A DNA stretch of 64,000 nucleotides from Verrucomicrobiota bacterium (GTDB lineage: Bacteria; Verrucomicrobiota; Verrucomicrobiia; Limisphaerales; UBA1096). Below are positions 53,726-62,387 of the stretch, piece by piece. Position 1 is the first letter of the stretch. Every line of letters begins with the position of its first letter. The position numbers were made by a program, and so were the translations under genes. The stretch is from contig JASMKO010000019.1 in the NCBI GenBank assembly GCA_030749225.1, positions 140-64,139 of the forward strand. The letters run 5' to 3'. Below the pieces are notes generated by a model. The model ran no database searches. It saw only the letters and a program-made list of their open reading frames with translations, and had not been told where the DNA came from.

Positions 53726-54889
53726 TTGTCTTGGTACAATTTTCGTTGGCAACTATCAGCAACTGTGCCCAAAAAAGTCGAAATCGCGTACTCGTACGAT
53801 CCGCAGCAGGGTCATGCCGGTTTAACCGCGGAGTTGAAGATTTTGGACCCCAAGCTTATCGGCAAGGAAGCCACCTTTACGATCAAGCGTTTCGTCAAGG
53901 TGAAGGACTCCCGGCCAGTCAACAAATCGAAAGACCTTTTCAAGCACAAGTTTACCGCCTGTTCCGAGACTGAAACGATCAACATACCGCCCCATGTGCT
54001 CCATGAACGCCCTTTCGGGTACAACGGCACCAAAATCAAAATCCGCTGTTTCGGCAAACTGACCATCAACGACAGGCTTATCAGGAAGGACACTTCCACC
54101 GAGAAGGATTTGCCAACGGTTTCTCTTAAAAAACCGAAGATAACCCGAAGCACAAAAAAGCTGATCGACCCGAAGGACGTCTTTTCATTCACGAAAAACC
54201 TGATGGCGATACCCGCGCACAACAAACTGGCCACGTTATGCCTACTGGTCATCGGGGCGGTGATCATGGTGGTGAACATGATGATCGGGATCCATGATGA
54301 GTTTTCACCCAGATACGCCACCTACCTGTACTCGCAGGTCAACAGCGACGGCGAATCCTCCTCGCCAATCGTTAAGGCACTGTTTGGTTGCGGCGCCATC
54401 GGCGTGGCTATCTGGCTGGCCATCAAGCGGCAGCTTCGTCAGTACATGACGTTCCGCTTCAAGCCGATCACAGGCCTGATCGATCGCGGGACTGAACGAA
54501 ATGTGAGCGACCTGATTCAAGGAATCTCACGCACAAATTTGAAAGATGTCACGCTGCGCATCGTGGCGTGCAACCTCGAAAAGGGAAAGTACGTCCGTGG
54601 CTCGGGCAGCAACCGGCGTACGGTCAGCTTCAGTGTCCCAAAACGGGGCGTCCTGCTTTACTCGAAGGATGTGAAACTCATCCCGAAAAACCAACCGGTG
54701 GAACAATACTTTCTGGATCCAGTCTCGTTCGAACCGATGTTCAAGGCGCTTTACCCGCCGAACATCGTGTCCAAGTCACACGGACTGTTCGTTTACTGGG
54801 AGGTGCAGCTGATCCACAACGAGTTTGTGGATCAGGAACTGGAGGGGGACACCACGCAATTCAAGGTCGACGATTTCTTCACGGCATGA
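53726..54889 (+). CDS. hypothetical membrane protein: beta-rich N-domain, TM hairpin, beta-rich C-domain (cassette gene A)
   Basis: The long ORF is lower in GC than its surroundings. Two hydrophobic helices are present (LATLCLLVIGAVIMVVNMMIGI and ALFGCGAIGVAIWLAI). The flanking domains have alternating beta-type patterns (IPPHVLHERPFGYNGTKIKIRCFGKLTI; SHGLFVYWEVQLIHNEF). No ATG start exists, so the start is TTG 53726 or GTG 53764. Confidence 0.6.
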   Translation: MSWYNFRWQLSATVPKKVEIAYSYDPQQGHAGLTAELKILDPKLIGKEATFTIKRFVKVKDSRPVNKSKDLFKHKFTACSETETINIPPHVLHERPFGYNGTKIKIRCFGKLTINDRLIRKDTSTEKDLPTVSLKKPKITRSTKKLIDPKDVFSFTKNLMAIPAHNKLATLCLLVIGAVIMVVNMMIGIHDEFSPRYATYLYSQVNSDGESSSPIVKALFGCGAIGVAIWLAIKRQLRQYMTFRFKPITGLIDRGTERNVSDLIQGISRTNLKDVTLRIVACNLEKGKYVRGSGSNRRTVSFSVPKRGVLLYSKDVKLIPKNQPVEQYFLDPVSFEPMFKALYPPNIVSKSHGLFVYWEVQLIHNEFVDQELEGDTTQFKVDDFFTA

Positions 54890-55527
54890 ACACGGAAACA
54901 AACCAACAACCGGTGCTCTTTGACGATACCCTCGGGCTCCGCCAGAAGGCATTCCACGATACGAGATTGATCGTGTTCACCGGAATCAGCGGTTCCGGCA
55001 AAAGCACGGCACTCAAGTTCCTGTGTGACCATCACCCCAGTTTTTCAGCCGGCTCCCGCCGTTGGCTCTGGATGACGGGATTGATTCCAGACGTGAAGCC
55101 GATTCGCGGCCACCGGCTGGTGGTGGTGGATGAACTGTGCCATCCCCGCCAGTTGCCGGTCGTGGCCAAGTTGCTGGGGCAAAACCAAACCATTGCGGTC
55201 GCTTCACATCTCCGCTCCGCTTGGTTCTGGCCCTTTCGGCTCGCCGGATTGTGCCGTTACTATTCAACCGACGGTGATTGCGGCAAGATCAGCCGTTACC
55301 TGGCCCAGTTGGGCGTCCCGCACACCGCCGGGGCTGTCGTCGAATTCTGCCGCCGCCACGGTACGAGTTATGTCGATCTGAACTGTATCCTCGAGAGGCA
55401 TCCCGGGCGAAGCCTCGACCATGCCATACACCTGTCGGGAAAGCTGGATCAGCTAACAGTGGAACACCAGAAACGGTGGCGGCCAGTCATGCCGGTGATC
55501 GATGGAATCCGGCAACCACTTGGCTAG
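54886..55527 (+). CDS. small P-loop NTPase (cassette gene B)
   Basis: The ATG at 54886 overlaps the stop of gene A (ATGA). Walker A is FTGISGSGKST and Walker B is HRLVVVDEL. No specific family is recognised. The ORF-track extension to 54568 is rejected. Confidence 0.65.
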   Translation: MNTETNQQPVLFDDTLGLRQKAFHDTRLIVFTGISGSGKSTALKFLCDHHPSFSAGSRRWLWMTGLIPDVKPIRGHRLVVVDELCHPRQLPVVAKLLGQNQTIAVASHLRSAWFWPFRLAGLCRYYSTDGDCGKISRYLAQLGVPHTAGAVVEFCRRHGTSYVDLNCILERHPGRSLDHAIHLSGKLDQLTVEHQKRWRPVMPVIDGIRQPLG

Positions 55528-55531
55528 GCGC

Positions 55532-55990
55532 CTATCGCAACGCGATCTCGATGGGCATCAGTCGGAGGGTGAAGTCGAGAGCACTTTCGAGTTCGCTGCC
55601 CAGCGATTCGAGTTGCCGCTGATACGGGGCGTTAACCATATCGTTTAGCACACGATCGGAAATCAGGCTGGCCATCTGCCCGTCGCTGTTGGCCACCATG
55701 ACGATCCACTCCGACACTTTTTGCGGGGCGCCGGCAACCACCGGCTCGGAAACCGGGGCCGGCTTGAGGGCCAAAGCCAGCGCGATGACGCCCAAGCCGC
55801 CGGCGAACACCCAGCGCCACGCCTTGGCCAAGCCGTGCGTTGAGCGGGCCTGTTTTTCGGCCTCGGCATGGACGGCGGCCATGATGCGCCGGTGGAGGAA
55901 CGGCGGAAAATCCGGCGCATCCCGCCTGGCCCCATCGACGAGGCGGGCCTCGATGCTTGGCCAAGTGCTTGGTTGTTGTTCGTCTTTCAT
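55532..55990 (-). CDS. putative anti-sigma factor (single-pass membrane protein)
   Basis: It lies immediately downstream of the ECF sigma gene. A short cytoplasmic N-domain is followed by one TM segment (AWRWVFAGGLGVIALALAL) and an extracytoplasmic tail. The ATG at 55990 is preferred over the TTG at 56017. Confidence 0.55.
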   Translation of the reverse strand: MKDEQQPSTWPSIEARLVDGARRDAPDFPPFLHRRIMAAVHAEAEKQARSTHGLAKAWRWVFAGGLGVIALALALKPAPVSEPVVAGAPQKVSEWIVMVANSDGQMASLISDRVLNDMVNAPYQRQLESLGSELESALDFTLRLMPIEIALR

Positions 55991-56013
55991 GGTTCGATTC
56001 GCTTGGTTATTAG

Positions 56014-56631
56014 TCAAAATCCGGTTCCTGTCGGCAATTCCTCTGCGAGTTTTCGGCGGGCGCGGTGCAGCAGCACTTTCACAGAGCCGACACTCTTATT
56101 CATTACGTCCGCGGTTTCGGCCAGGTTTCGCTCTTCGCCGTAAAAATGCCACAACGCGTTGAACTGGCTTTCAGGGAGAGACTTTCGGGCCTGGCCCCAG
56201 ATGCCCCTGGCCTTCTCGCTGGCCATCAAGTTGCTCCGTGGATTTTCGTCGACAGCCCAGTCTGCGTTCTCCGCCTCAACCGGTTGCCTGCGGCGGAAGT
56301 GGTTGATGGCCAGGCGCGAGGCGATGGTGTAAATCCAGGTCGTGAAGGCGTATTTCGGGTTGTAGCGGTGTAACTTGCGATAGGCCGTGACGAAGGTGGA
56401 TTGCAGCAAATCCTGGGCGAGATGATGGTTTCCGGTCTTCCGGAAAAGGAAGGCGAACAACCGACCCTCGAGCCGGGTCACCAGTTGCTCGAACGAATCG
56501 ATGCAGCCCCCTTTCGCAGCAATGGCCAAGGCGAGTTCCTCCTCCCGCTCCGAGTCCCGCTCCGTGTTATCGCGAGTCGGGGCAATGACACAGCTTGAAT
56601 CAGCTTGGCCCTGGGGTGGAGCCGCCATCAT
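56014..56631 (-). CDS. ECF-type RNA polymerase sigma-70 family factor
   Basis: Region 2 is FEQLVTRLEGRLFAFLFRKTGNHHLAQDLLQSTFVTAYRKLHRYNPKYAFTTWIYTIASRLAINHFRR. Region 4 is LPESQFNALWHFYGEERNLAETADVMNKSVGSVKVLLHRARRKL. The start is either ATG 56631 or TTG 56655. Confidence 0.85.
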   Translation of the reverse strand: MMAAPPQGQADSSCVIAPTRDNTERDSEREEELALAIAAKGGCIDSFEQLVTRLEGRLFAFLFRKTGNHHLAQDLLQSTFVTAYRKLHRYNPKYAFTTWIYTIASRLAINHFRRRQPVEAENADWAVDENPRSNLMASEKARGIWGQARKSLPESQFNALWHFYGEERNLAETADVMNKSVGSVKVLLHRARRKLAEELPTGTGF

Positions 56632-56651
56632 CGAAGCTGAGGCATACTGAA

Positions 56652-57581
56652 TCAAGGCTTCGGAATGTCGATGTCGAGATCCTTCAACGCGGGGTCGATC
56701 AACTCCAACAGTTTGTCCACGGCGATGGAAAAATGAACGGACATCGTCACCTTATCGCGAGTGACCTTCAGACCGTTGAGGATATCCTTGATCTCCGGGT
56801 TCTCTTCCTGGCCCAATTTGGCAAAGCCAATCAGGCCGTTGACCATTGCCTCCAACTGTTGGGCAGTGTCGGCGTCGTAGGTGTCAACGACCAGGGAGAG
56901 GATCAGTTTCTCGCCCGTCTCTCCCATTACAAGCGCAGCCTGCTTGACCATTTCCTTGAAACTCTCATCGTCGATTTGCTCCTTGATCGACTCAATGTCG
57001 GCGTAAGCCGTGATGAATGCGTTCGTCGCTTTCTTGCTGATCGTCTTGAGACTGGGCGGCACCTGTTTCGCCGCTCCCTTGCCATTGACGAGGTCGATGG
57101 CATCGCCAGCCAGTTCACGGCTGGGAGCCAGCACGGCGGTGGTGGCATTGACAAAACTGACATACCCGCGCTCGTCGTCGCTTCGGTCGCCGACCCCGTG
57201 GATCTCATGTTTGCCATGCTCAGTTTTGCGATAATGCTCGTCGAGCTTCATGAACGCCAGCAGCTTGGAGTTGTCCCCCTTGTGCTTCACGACAAGAATG
57301 CCGTTATCCTCCTTCCCATTGCCGGACAGGGTGGCGCTTTGGAAAGCCGTCAGCGGATCAAATCCAACGATCTCAACCAGCGCATCAAACTTCTCCCTGC
57401 CCTCCTCCGTTCGGATTTGTTCGAGGAGGGTGGTTCCAATTTTCGATGCCCGGAAGGCGTCCAAATCCAGATGCGCCACGAACTTGGCATCATTGGAGAT
57501 GTTGCCCTTGTCGACCGCTGCCGCCTCGCTGGCAGTCAATGCCAGTGCCAAGCCAAATAATGTGAATACCGTTTTTTTCAT
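56652..57581 (-). CDS. hypothetical secreted protein, first gene of the ECF sigma operon
   Basis: The signal peptide is MKKTVFTLFGLALALTASEAAA. Coding bias is good. The stop abuts or overlaps the sigma-factor gene. No family is recognised. Confidence 0.6.
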   Translation of the reverse strand: MKKTVFTLFGLALALTASEAAAVDKGNISNDAKFVAHLDLDAFRASKIGTTLLEQIRTEEGREKFDALVEIVGFDPLTAFQSATLSGNGKEDNGILVVKHKGDNSKLLAFMKLDEHYRKTEHGKHEIHGVGDRSDDERGYVSFVNATTAVLAPSRELAGDAIDLVNGKGAAKQVPPSLKTISKKATNAFITAYADIESIKEQIDDESFKEMVKQAALVMGETGEKLILSLVVDTYDADTAQQLEAMVNGLIGFAKLGQEENPEIKDILNGLKVTRDKVTMSVHFSIAVDKLLELIDPALKDLDIDIPKP

Positions 57582-57678
57582 GGTTATTATTTTCAATTGG
57601 CGCCGCTTCGACGCTTCGTTGTAGGGGTGTACACGCTGCTAATTCCGAAGGTTACGCCCACAACCAAAAAGTTTGCTG

Positions 57679-58401
57679 CTACTCCCGCAAGATGGTGATA
57701 AAGCCGGCATTCTGGTTCGGCGCAATGTAAAGGCTCACGATTTTGCCGTTGCCGCTGAGGCTGGTCTTGGTGAGCGAACCGGCCGGCGTGAGGGCGAACT
57801 TGGCCAGCGCCGAACTGACACCATTTACCGTGCCGCGCACCTGCACCGAGTACTCCATCCCGGTCAGCGTCTCAAACTCCAGTTTCATGCGCTCGCCCGC
57901 GCCGGCTTCAACCAATTCGGTTGCCACTGAGTAGCCGATGTTCGGGAACTTGACGTTCACGGCGTCGTGACCGTTGTAGGCGGCCGAATACGACTTAAGC
58001 GAGCTACGGGCCGGGCCCTTCACCACCTTGCCATTTGCGTCGAACTGGGAGCCGTGGGCCAGGCAGCGCAGCCCGGCCCCTTTCTTGAATGGCTCAAGCG
58101 CCACGCCGCGGTGGGTACACAGGGCCGACACAGCGTAAAACTGGTTGCCCGGCATGCGCGTCACGATGATGTAATTATTCGACGACGGGACGCCGGGGAC
58201 ACGCAACCGCACCGAGCCATACGACTGTTTCAGTTGCGGAAAGTCATCAATCGCCATCCGGAACAGTGCCGACTCCCCAGCTTGCACGTGGGAAACAAAC
58301 CACCGGCCCGACCCGGCCCCACAGGCACCCGCACACACTGAGGTGAACAGTAGGGTTCGCAGTGCGCCGCGCCGGTTTATTTGTCGTTCCATCGAATACA
58401 T
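57679..58401 (-). CDS. Tat-exported Rieske [2Fe-2S] domain protein with an extra C-terminal beta-rich domain
   Basis: The twin-arginine signal is MERQINRRGALRTLLF. The Rieske motifs are CTHRG and CLAHGSQF. The ORF-track N-terminal extension (to 58926) overlaps yqeK on the other strand and is rejected. Confidence 0.75.
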   Translation of the reverse strand: MYSMERQINRRGALRTLLFTSVCAGACGAGSGRWFVSHVQAGESALFRMAIDDFPQLKQSYGSVRLRVPGVPSSNNYIIVTRMPGNQFYAVSALCTHRGVALEPFKKGAGLRCLAHGSQFDANGKVVKGPARSSLKSYSAAYNGHDAVNVKFPNIGYSVATELVEAGAGERMKLEFETLTGMEYSVQVRGTVNGVSSALAKFALTPAGSLTKTSLSGNGKIVSLYIAPNQNAGFITILRE

Positions 58402-58545
58402 GTCGGTTGACTCTGTGGAAAACCCACCCGAAGGGAAACAAAAAAACGGCGCATGGCCAAGCGACCGGTTTTGTCGTTTGACAGCCAAGCCGGATTCAGG
58501 CTTGCTCCCGCCTGCGCTTGGCCAAGCCAAGGCCACTTTTCTTCC

Positions 58546-59139
58546 ATGGCAAACGACCCCGAACAACTCTCCCGCATCGAGGCGTACTTGAGTGAAAACC
58601 TGTCCCCTGCCCGCTTCAAGCACGTTTTGGGCGTGCGGGAAACGGCGGTGGCCTTGGCCAATCGCCACGGCATCGACGCCGACCAAGCCGAGCTGGCAGC
58701 CCTGCTGCACGACTGCACAAAGGAGCGCCTCGACAACGAATTGGTCGCCTTGGCCAAGCACAACGGCCTGCCAGTGGACGAATATGAGAAACAGACGCCG
58801 GGCCTGCTGCATGGCAAGGTGGCCCCGTTCGTGGCCACCGAGCAGTTCGGGGTGACCGACGAGGTGGTGTGCGATGCCATGCGGTGTCACTCCACCGGCG
58901 CGGTGAAAATGGGGCCGCTGGATCAACTGCTGTTCGTCGCCGATTTCTGCGAACCGAACCGGCCGTACACGGCGGCGCAGGAGGTGCGCGAGCTGGCCGA
59001 GCGCGACCTAGAGGCCGCCGTGCTCGAGGTGATGCAGTTCAAACTCCGCAAAACCCTGCTAAAAAAACAGCCGGTGCACCCCGACTCCTTCCACGCCTAC
59101 AACGCCCTGCTCAACAAACGAAATCGTGAGACTGTGTGA
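58546..59139 (+). CDS. yqeK: HD-domain hydrolase, YqeK-like bis(5'-nucleosyl)-tetraphosphatase
   Basis: RFKHVLGVRETAVALA, AELAALLHDCTKE, LLHGKVAPFV, MRCHSTG and LLFVADFCEPNR are present. The ATG at 58546 is preferred. Confidence 0.7.
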   Translation: MANDPEQLSRIEAYLSENLSPARFKHVLGVRETAVALANRHGIDADQAELAALLHDCTKERLDNELVALAKHNGLPVDEYEKQTPGLLHGKVAPFVATEQFGVTDEVVCDAMRCHSTGAVKMGPLDQLLFVADFCEPNRPYTAAQEVRELAERDLEAAVLEVMQFKLRKTLLKKQPVHPDSFHAYNALLNKRNRETV

Positions 59140-60502
59140 CCTCAATCCCGGCCCAGGCATCGGCGCCAGCGCCTGGCACGTGGAAATGGAGGGCCACGGC
59201 CTGCTGATGGACGCCGGCACCCACCCCAAGCGGGAGGGTAGCCCGGCGTTACCGCTTTACGACGTGATCCGAGAACGGCCCGTCGACAGCATCGCCATCA
59301 CGCACTGCCACCACGACCATGTCGGCTCGCTGCCGGTGGCGCTTAGGCACTTCCCTCGCGCCCATGTGATGATGACCGAGCTGAGCTATTTCATCGTCGA
59401 ACGCGTGCTGCATAACTCGGTCAACGTGATGAAACGGCAGGCCGAGGAACTGGGCGTTGCCGAGTACCCGCTTTACACCCATCGCGAGGTGGACGAACTC
59501 GCGCCCCTGTTCCAAGGCTACCGCTATAACCGGGAGATTGAATGGGGCGCGTTCGAGAAAGCGGCCCGTGGCCAACTCTCCCCAACGCTTGAGTTCCATG
59601 ACGCGGGCCACGCGCTTGGCTCAGCCGGCATCATGGTCCGCGGTCGACAGGAGACGCTATTTTACACCGGCGACATCTGCCTGCACGACCAGACCCTCCT
59701 TAAAGCAGCCCGGTTCGGTGAAGTGCAGGCCGACGTGATGATCATGGAGACCACCCGCGGCACTCGTGAAATACCCGCTGACTACTCTCGGGTCGGCGAA
59801 ATCGAGAAGCTCATCGGCGCCATCGAAGCCTCTTTTGAACGAGGTGGAAGCGTGCTGATCCCGACCTTTGCACTGGGCCGGACACAGGAGATGCTGGCCA
59901 CGCTCGCCCTACTGATGAAGGAGGGCCGACTCCGCGAACAGCCAATCTTTATCGGCGGTCTCGGTCGGGTATTCACCGAGATTTACGACCTCCAATCCCA
60001 CCGTGCCAACCGGCAACACACCAGCCTGCAACTCAACGAGGCGCTCGACCTGCAGGTGCTGGATCGTGACCACGCAGCCTCAATCAAACTTGGCAAGGGG
60101 CGGCTATTTGTCATGACCGCCGGGATGCTCTCCGAGAACACCACCGCGTTTGAACTGGCCCGGCGCATGGTGGGAGAACCGGCCCACGGCATTTTCTTCG
60201 TCGGCTACGCCGATCCCGAGACTCCGGGCGGCCGTCTCAAGGCAGCGACGGACGGGGAAATGTTTCATTACAGCGACAGCGTGGGCGAATTGGCGAAGCG
60301 CTGCGATGTCCGAGACTTCGACTTCACCGCACACGCAAACCGCGAGGCCCTGCTGGAATTGGTCGGCGAGGTCGCGCCGCGCACACTGATCCTCGGCCAC
60401 GGCGACCCCGAGGCACGCGCCTGGTTTGAGGAACAGGTGCTAAACCGTTGGCCTAAAATCAAAATCCTCCAGCCCGCACCCGGAGAAGAGGTAGAAGTAT
60501 AA
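59126..60502 (+). CDS. MBL-fold beta-CASP family nuclease (RNase J/CPSF-like)
   Basis: LLMDAGTHP, ITHCHHDHVGSLP (HxHxDH), HDAGHALGSAG, IMETTRG, PTFALGRTQE and DFTAHANREAL...LGHGD are present. The GTG start overlaps the yqeK end by 14 nt. Confidence 0.8.
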   Translation: MRLCDLNPGPGIGASAWHVEMEGHGLLMDAGTHPKREGSPALPLYDVIRERPVDSIAITHCHHDHVGSLPVALRHFPRAHVMMTELSYFIVERVLHNSVNVMKRQAEELGVAEYPLYTHREVDELAPLFQGYRYNREIEWGAFEKAARGQLSPTLEFHDAGHALGSAGIMVRGRQETLFYTGDICLHDQTLLKAARFGEVQADVMIMETTRGTREIPADYSRVGEIEKLIGAIEASFERGGSVLIPTFALGRTQEMLATLALLMKEGRLREQPIFIGGLGRVFTEIYDLQSHRANRQHTSLQLNEALDLQVLDRDHAASIKLGKGRLFVMTAGMLSENTTAFELARRMVGEPAHGIFFVGYADPETPGGRLKAATDGEMFHYSDSVGELAKRCDVRDFDFTAHANREALLELVGEVAPRTLILGHGDPEARAWFEEQVLNRWPKIKILQPAPGEEVEV

Positions 60503-60610
60503 AAACGGCGGCGAAGAGTTACTTGCATCCTCCTCGCCGCCTCGGGGAAACGTAGTCTGAGCAAACTATCGCTCCCCTTGTTCCTCCCGAACCAAGACCA
60601 ATAAAAGACA

Positions 60611-60643
60611 CCCTTGGCCAAGCGATGGTCGCTTGGCCAAGGG
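60611..60643 (-). terminator. perfect 15-bp-arm hairpin made of two inverted copies of the abundant motif; probable amtB terminator
   Basis: The hairpin is cccttggccaagcga-tgg-tcgcttggccaaggg. On the minus strand it lies 10 nt after the amtB stop and is followed by TGTCTTTTATT. It sits between convergent genes. Confidence 0.6.
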
Positions 60644-60652
60644 CACAAATGT

Positions 60653-62020
60653 TTACGAACTGTAACCGGACTCCCCGTGACTGTTCAGATCAAGACCCTG
60701 ATCCTCCTCGTCGTCACTGACGCGACAACCGCCAGTCAGCAAGCCAGCGATCTTGAAGGCAATCACCGAAACAACCCCGCTCCAGATAATCGTGACCACG
60801 ATACCTTTTAACTGTGCAAATACTTGAGCACCCATGCTATCAAGTGCCATCCCGGATCCACCAAAGGTCTCTGCTGCACAAACACCGGTTAATAGAGCGC
60901 CCACAATTCCTCCTATACCATGCACACCGAATACATCTAAACTATCATCATAGCCCAGTGCTTTTTTCATTGAAGTCGCACAGAAATAGCAAACAACTCC
61001 AGCGGCAAGTCCGATGATGAGCGCTCCAATAGGTCCTGCCGAACCGGAAGCAGGCGTTATAGCGACCAACCCAGCAACAGCACCCGTAGCAATACCTACA
61101 GCAGTTGGCTTCCCGGTTTTAATCCATTCTACTATCATCCAACTGAATGCCGCAGTGGCCGTGGCGACTTGTGTTACCAGTAGGGCCATACCGGCCGTAC
61201 CATCGGCCGCGAGCTCACTACCAGCATTAAAACCAAACCAGCCAACCCAAAGCATACTGGCTCCAACCACTGTCAAAGGCACACTGTGTGGTGGTATTGC
61301 AGTTGATCCGTAGCCTTTTCGTTTACCAAGCATGATGCAGGTCACCAAACCCGCAATTCCTGCGTTAATATGAACGACTGTACCACCGGCAAAATCCATT
61401 GCATCCCAACCTGAAATCAATCCACCACCCCAGACCATATGCCAAACCGGTACGTAAGAGAACGTAAACCATAGTGCGCAAAAAATTAGAACTGAACTAA
61501 ATTTCATCCGCTCTGCAAAAGCCCCCACAATAAGTGCTGGAGTGATAATAGCGAAAGTCATTTGAAAGGTAAAAAAGACCGATTCCGGAATACTTCCATC
61601 AATCGTGTCAACACCAACTCCTTTCAAAAATAATTTACTAAAATCGCCAATGAATGCGTTGCCTTCTCCATAAGCCAAAGTGTAGCCGTAAATTAGCCAT
61701 AAGATGGTCATCAGGCAGGTGATTGCAAAGCACTGCACAAGGATCGACAGAATATTCTTGGCGCGAACCAATCCCCCATAGAACAGGGACAAGCCAGGGA
61801 TGGTCATGAACAGCACTAAAACTGTCGCCACAATCATCCAGGCGGTATCTCCTGAATTTAGTGTTGCTGCTTCTTCAGCCGCAGCAGGAGCGGCCTCAGC
61901 AGGAGCGGCCTCAGCGGCTGCTTCCTGGGCCATCAGTGATTCAACCGGCAACAATGTTACCGCCATTACGAAAAGCACACTCGCTAGTGTGCCAAATAAG
62001 GTTTTTTTCTTCATGCTCAT
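60653..62020 (-). CDS. amtB: ammonium transporter
   Basis: There is a signal peptide and 11 TM segments. DFAGGTVVHINAGIAGL, GFNAGS and DVFGVHGIGGIVGALLTG are Amt/MEP signatures. Confidence 0.92.
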   Translation of the reverse strand: MSMKKKTLFGTLASVLFVMAVTLLPVESLMAQEAAAEAAPAEAAPAAAEEAATLNSGDTAWMIVATVLVLFMTIPGLSLFYGGLVRAKNILSILVQCFAITCLMTILWLIYGYTLAYGEGNAFIGDFSKLFLKGVGVDTIDGSIPESVFFTFQMTFAIITPALIVGAFAERMKFSSVLIFCALWFTFSYVPVWHMVWGGGLISGWDAMDFAGGTVVHINAGIAGLVTCIMLGKRKGYGSTAIPPHSVPLTVVGASMLWVGWFGFNAGSELAADGTAGMALLVTQVATATAAFSWMIVEWIKTGKPTAVGIATGAVAGLVAITPASGSAGPIGALIIGLAAGVVCYFCATSMKKALGYDDSLDVFGVHGIGGIVGALLTGVCAAETFGGSGMALDSMGAQVFAQLKGIVVTIIWSGVVSVIAFKIAGLLTGGCRVSDDEEDQGLDLNSHGESGYSS

Positions 62021-62387
62021 TTAAAGGTTTTTGCGGCTCAACAAGCGTTCGTGCCAAGCACCACAAACTAACCCGCCCTGAAGCATCGCCCCTGCCAAAA
62101 CCAGTTCTCCTATGAGACAATGATTCCTTAACCAACTGAACTGGAAACGATTAGGAAAATATAATGATAATCGAACACGACCGGGCTTAGTCCGTTCGCT
62201 TGGCGGCTTTTTTTCGCGCTGCGCATTTTGTGACAGTTTGCCAATCGCGGCGCTTCGGCGTCCCATACTGGAGAATCGCCCGCTAAAGTCGCTTTATGCC
62301 ACGATTCGTTTATACATTTCGCAACATGATTTTCGAGGGCGGTGCCACAACCGACCGTCCAACTAACGCTCTTTGCCAAGCGCTTTG

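Noticed and set aside
58402-58926. A 175-aa N-terminal extension of the Rieske ORF (ORF track 57679-58926).
   Set aside because: The extension overlaps the yqeK gene on the opposite strand and has no motif content. The internal Met at 58401/58392 is followed directly by a twin-arginine signal peptide, which marks the true N-terminus.
62021-62266. An 81-aa ORF upstream of amtB as a possible glnK/P-II gene.
   Set aside because: The translation (MGRRSAAIGKLSQNAQREKK...) has none of the P-II motifs and is too short. It lacks coding periodicity by eye.
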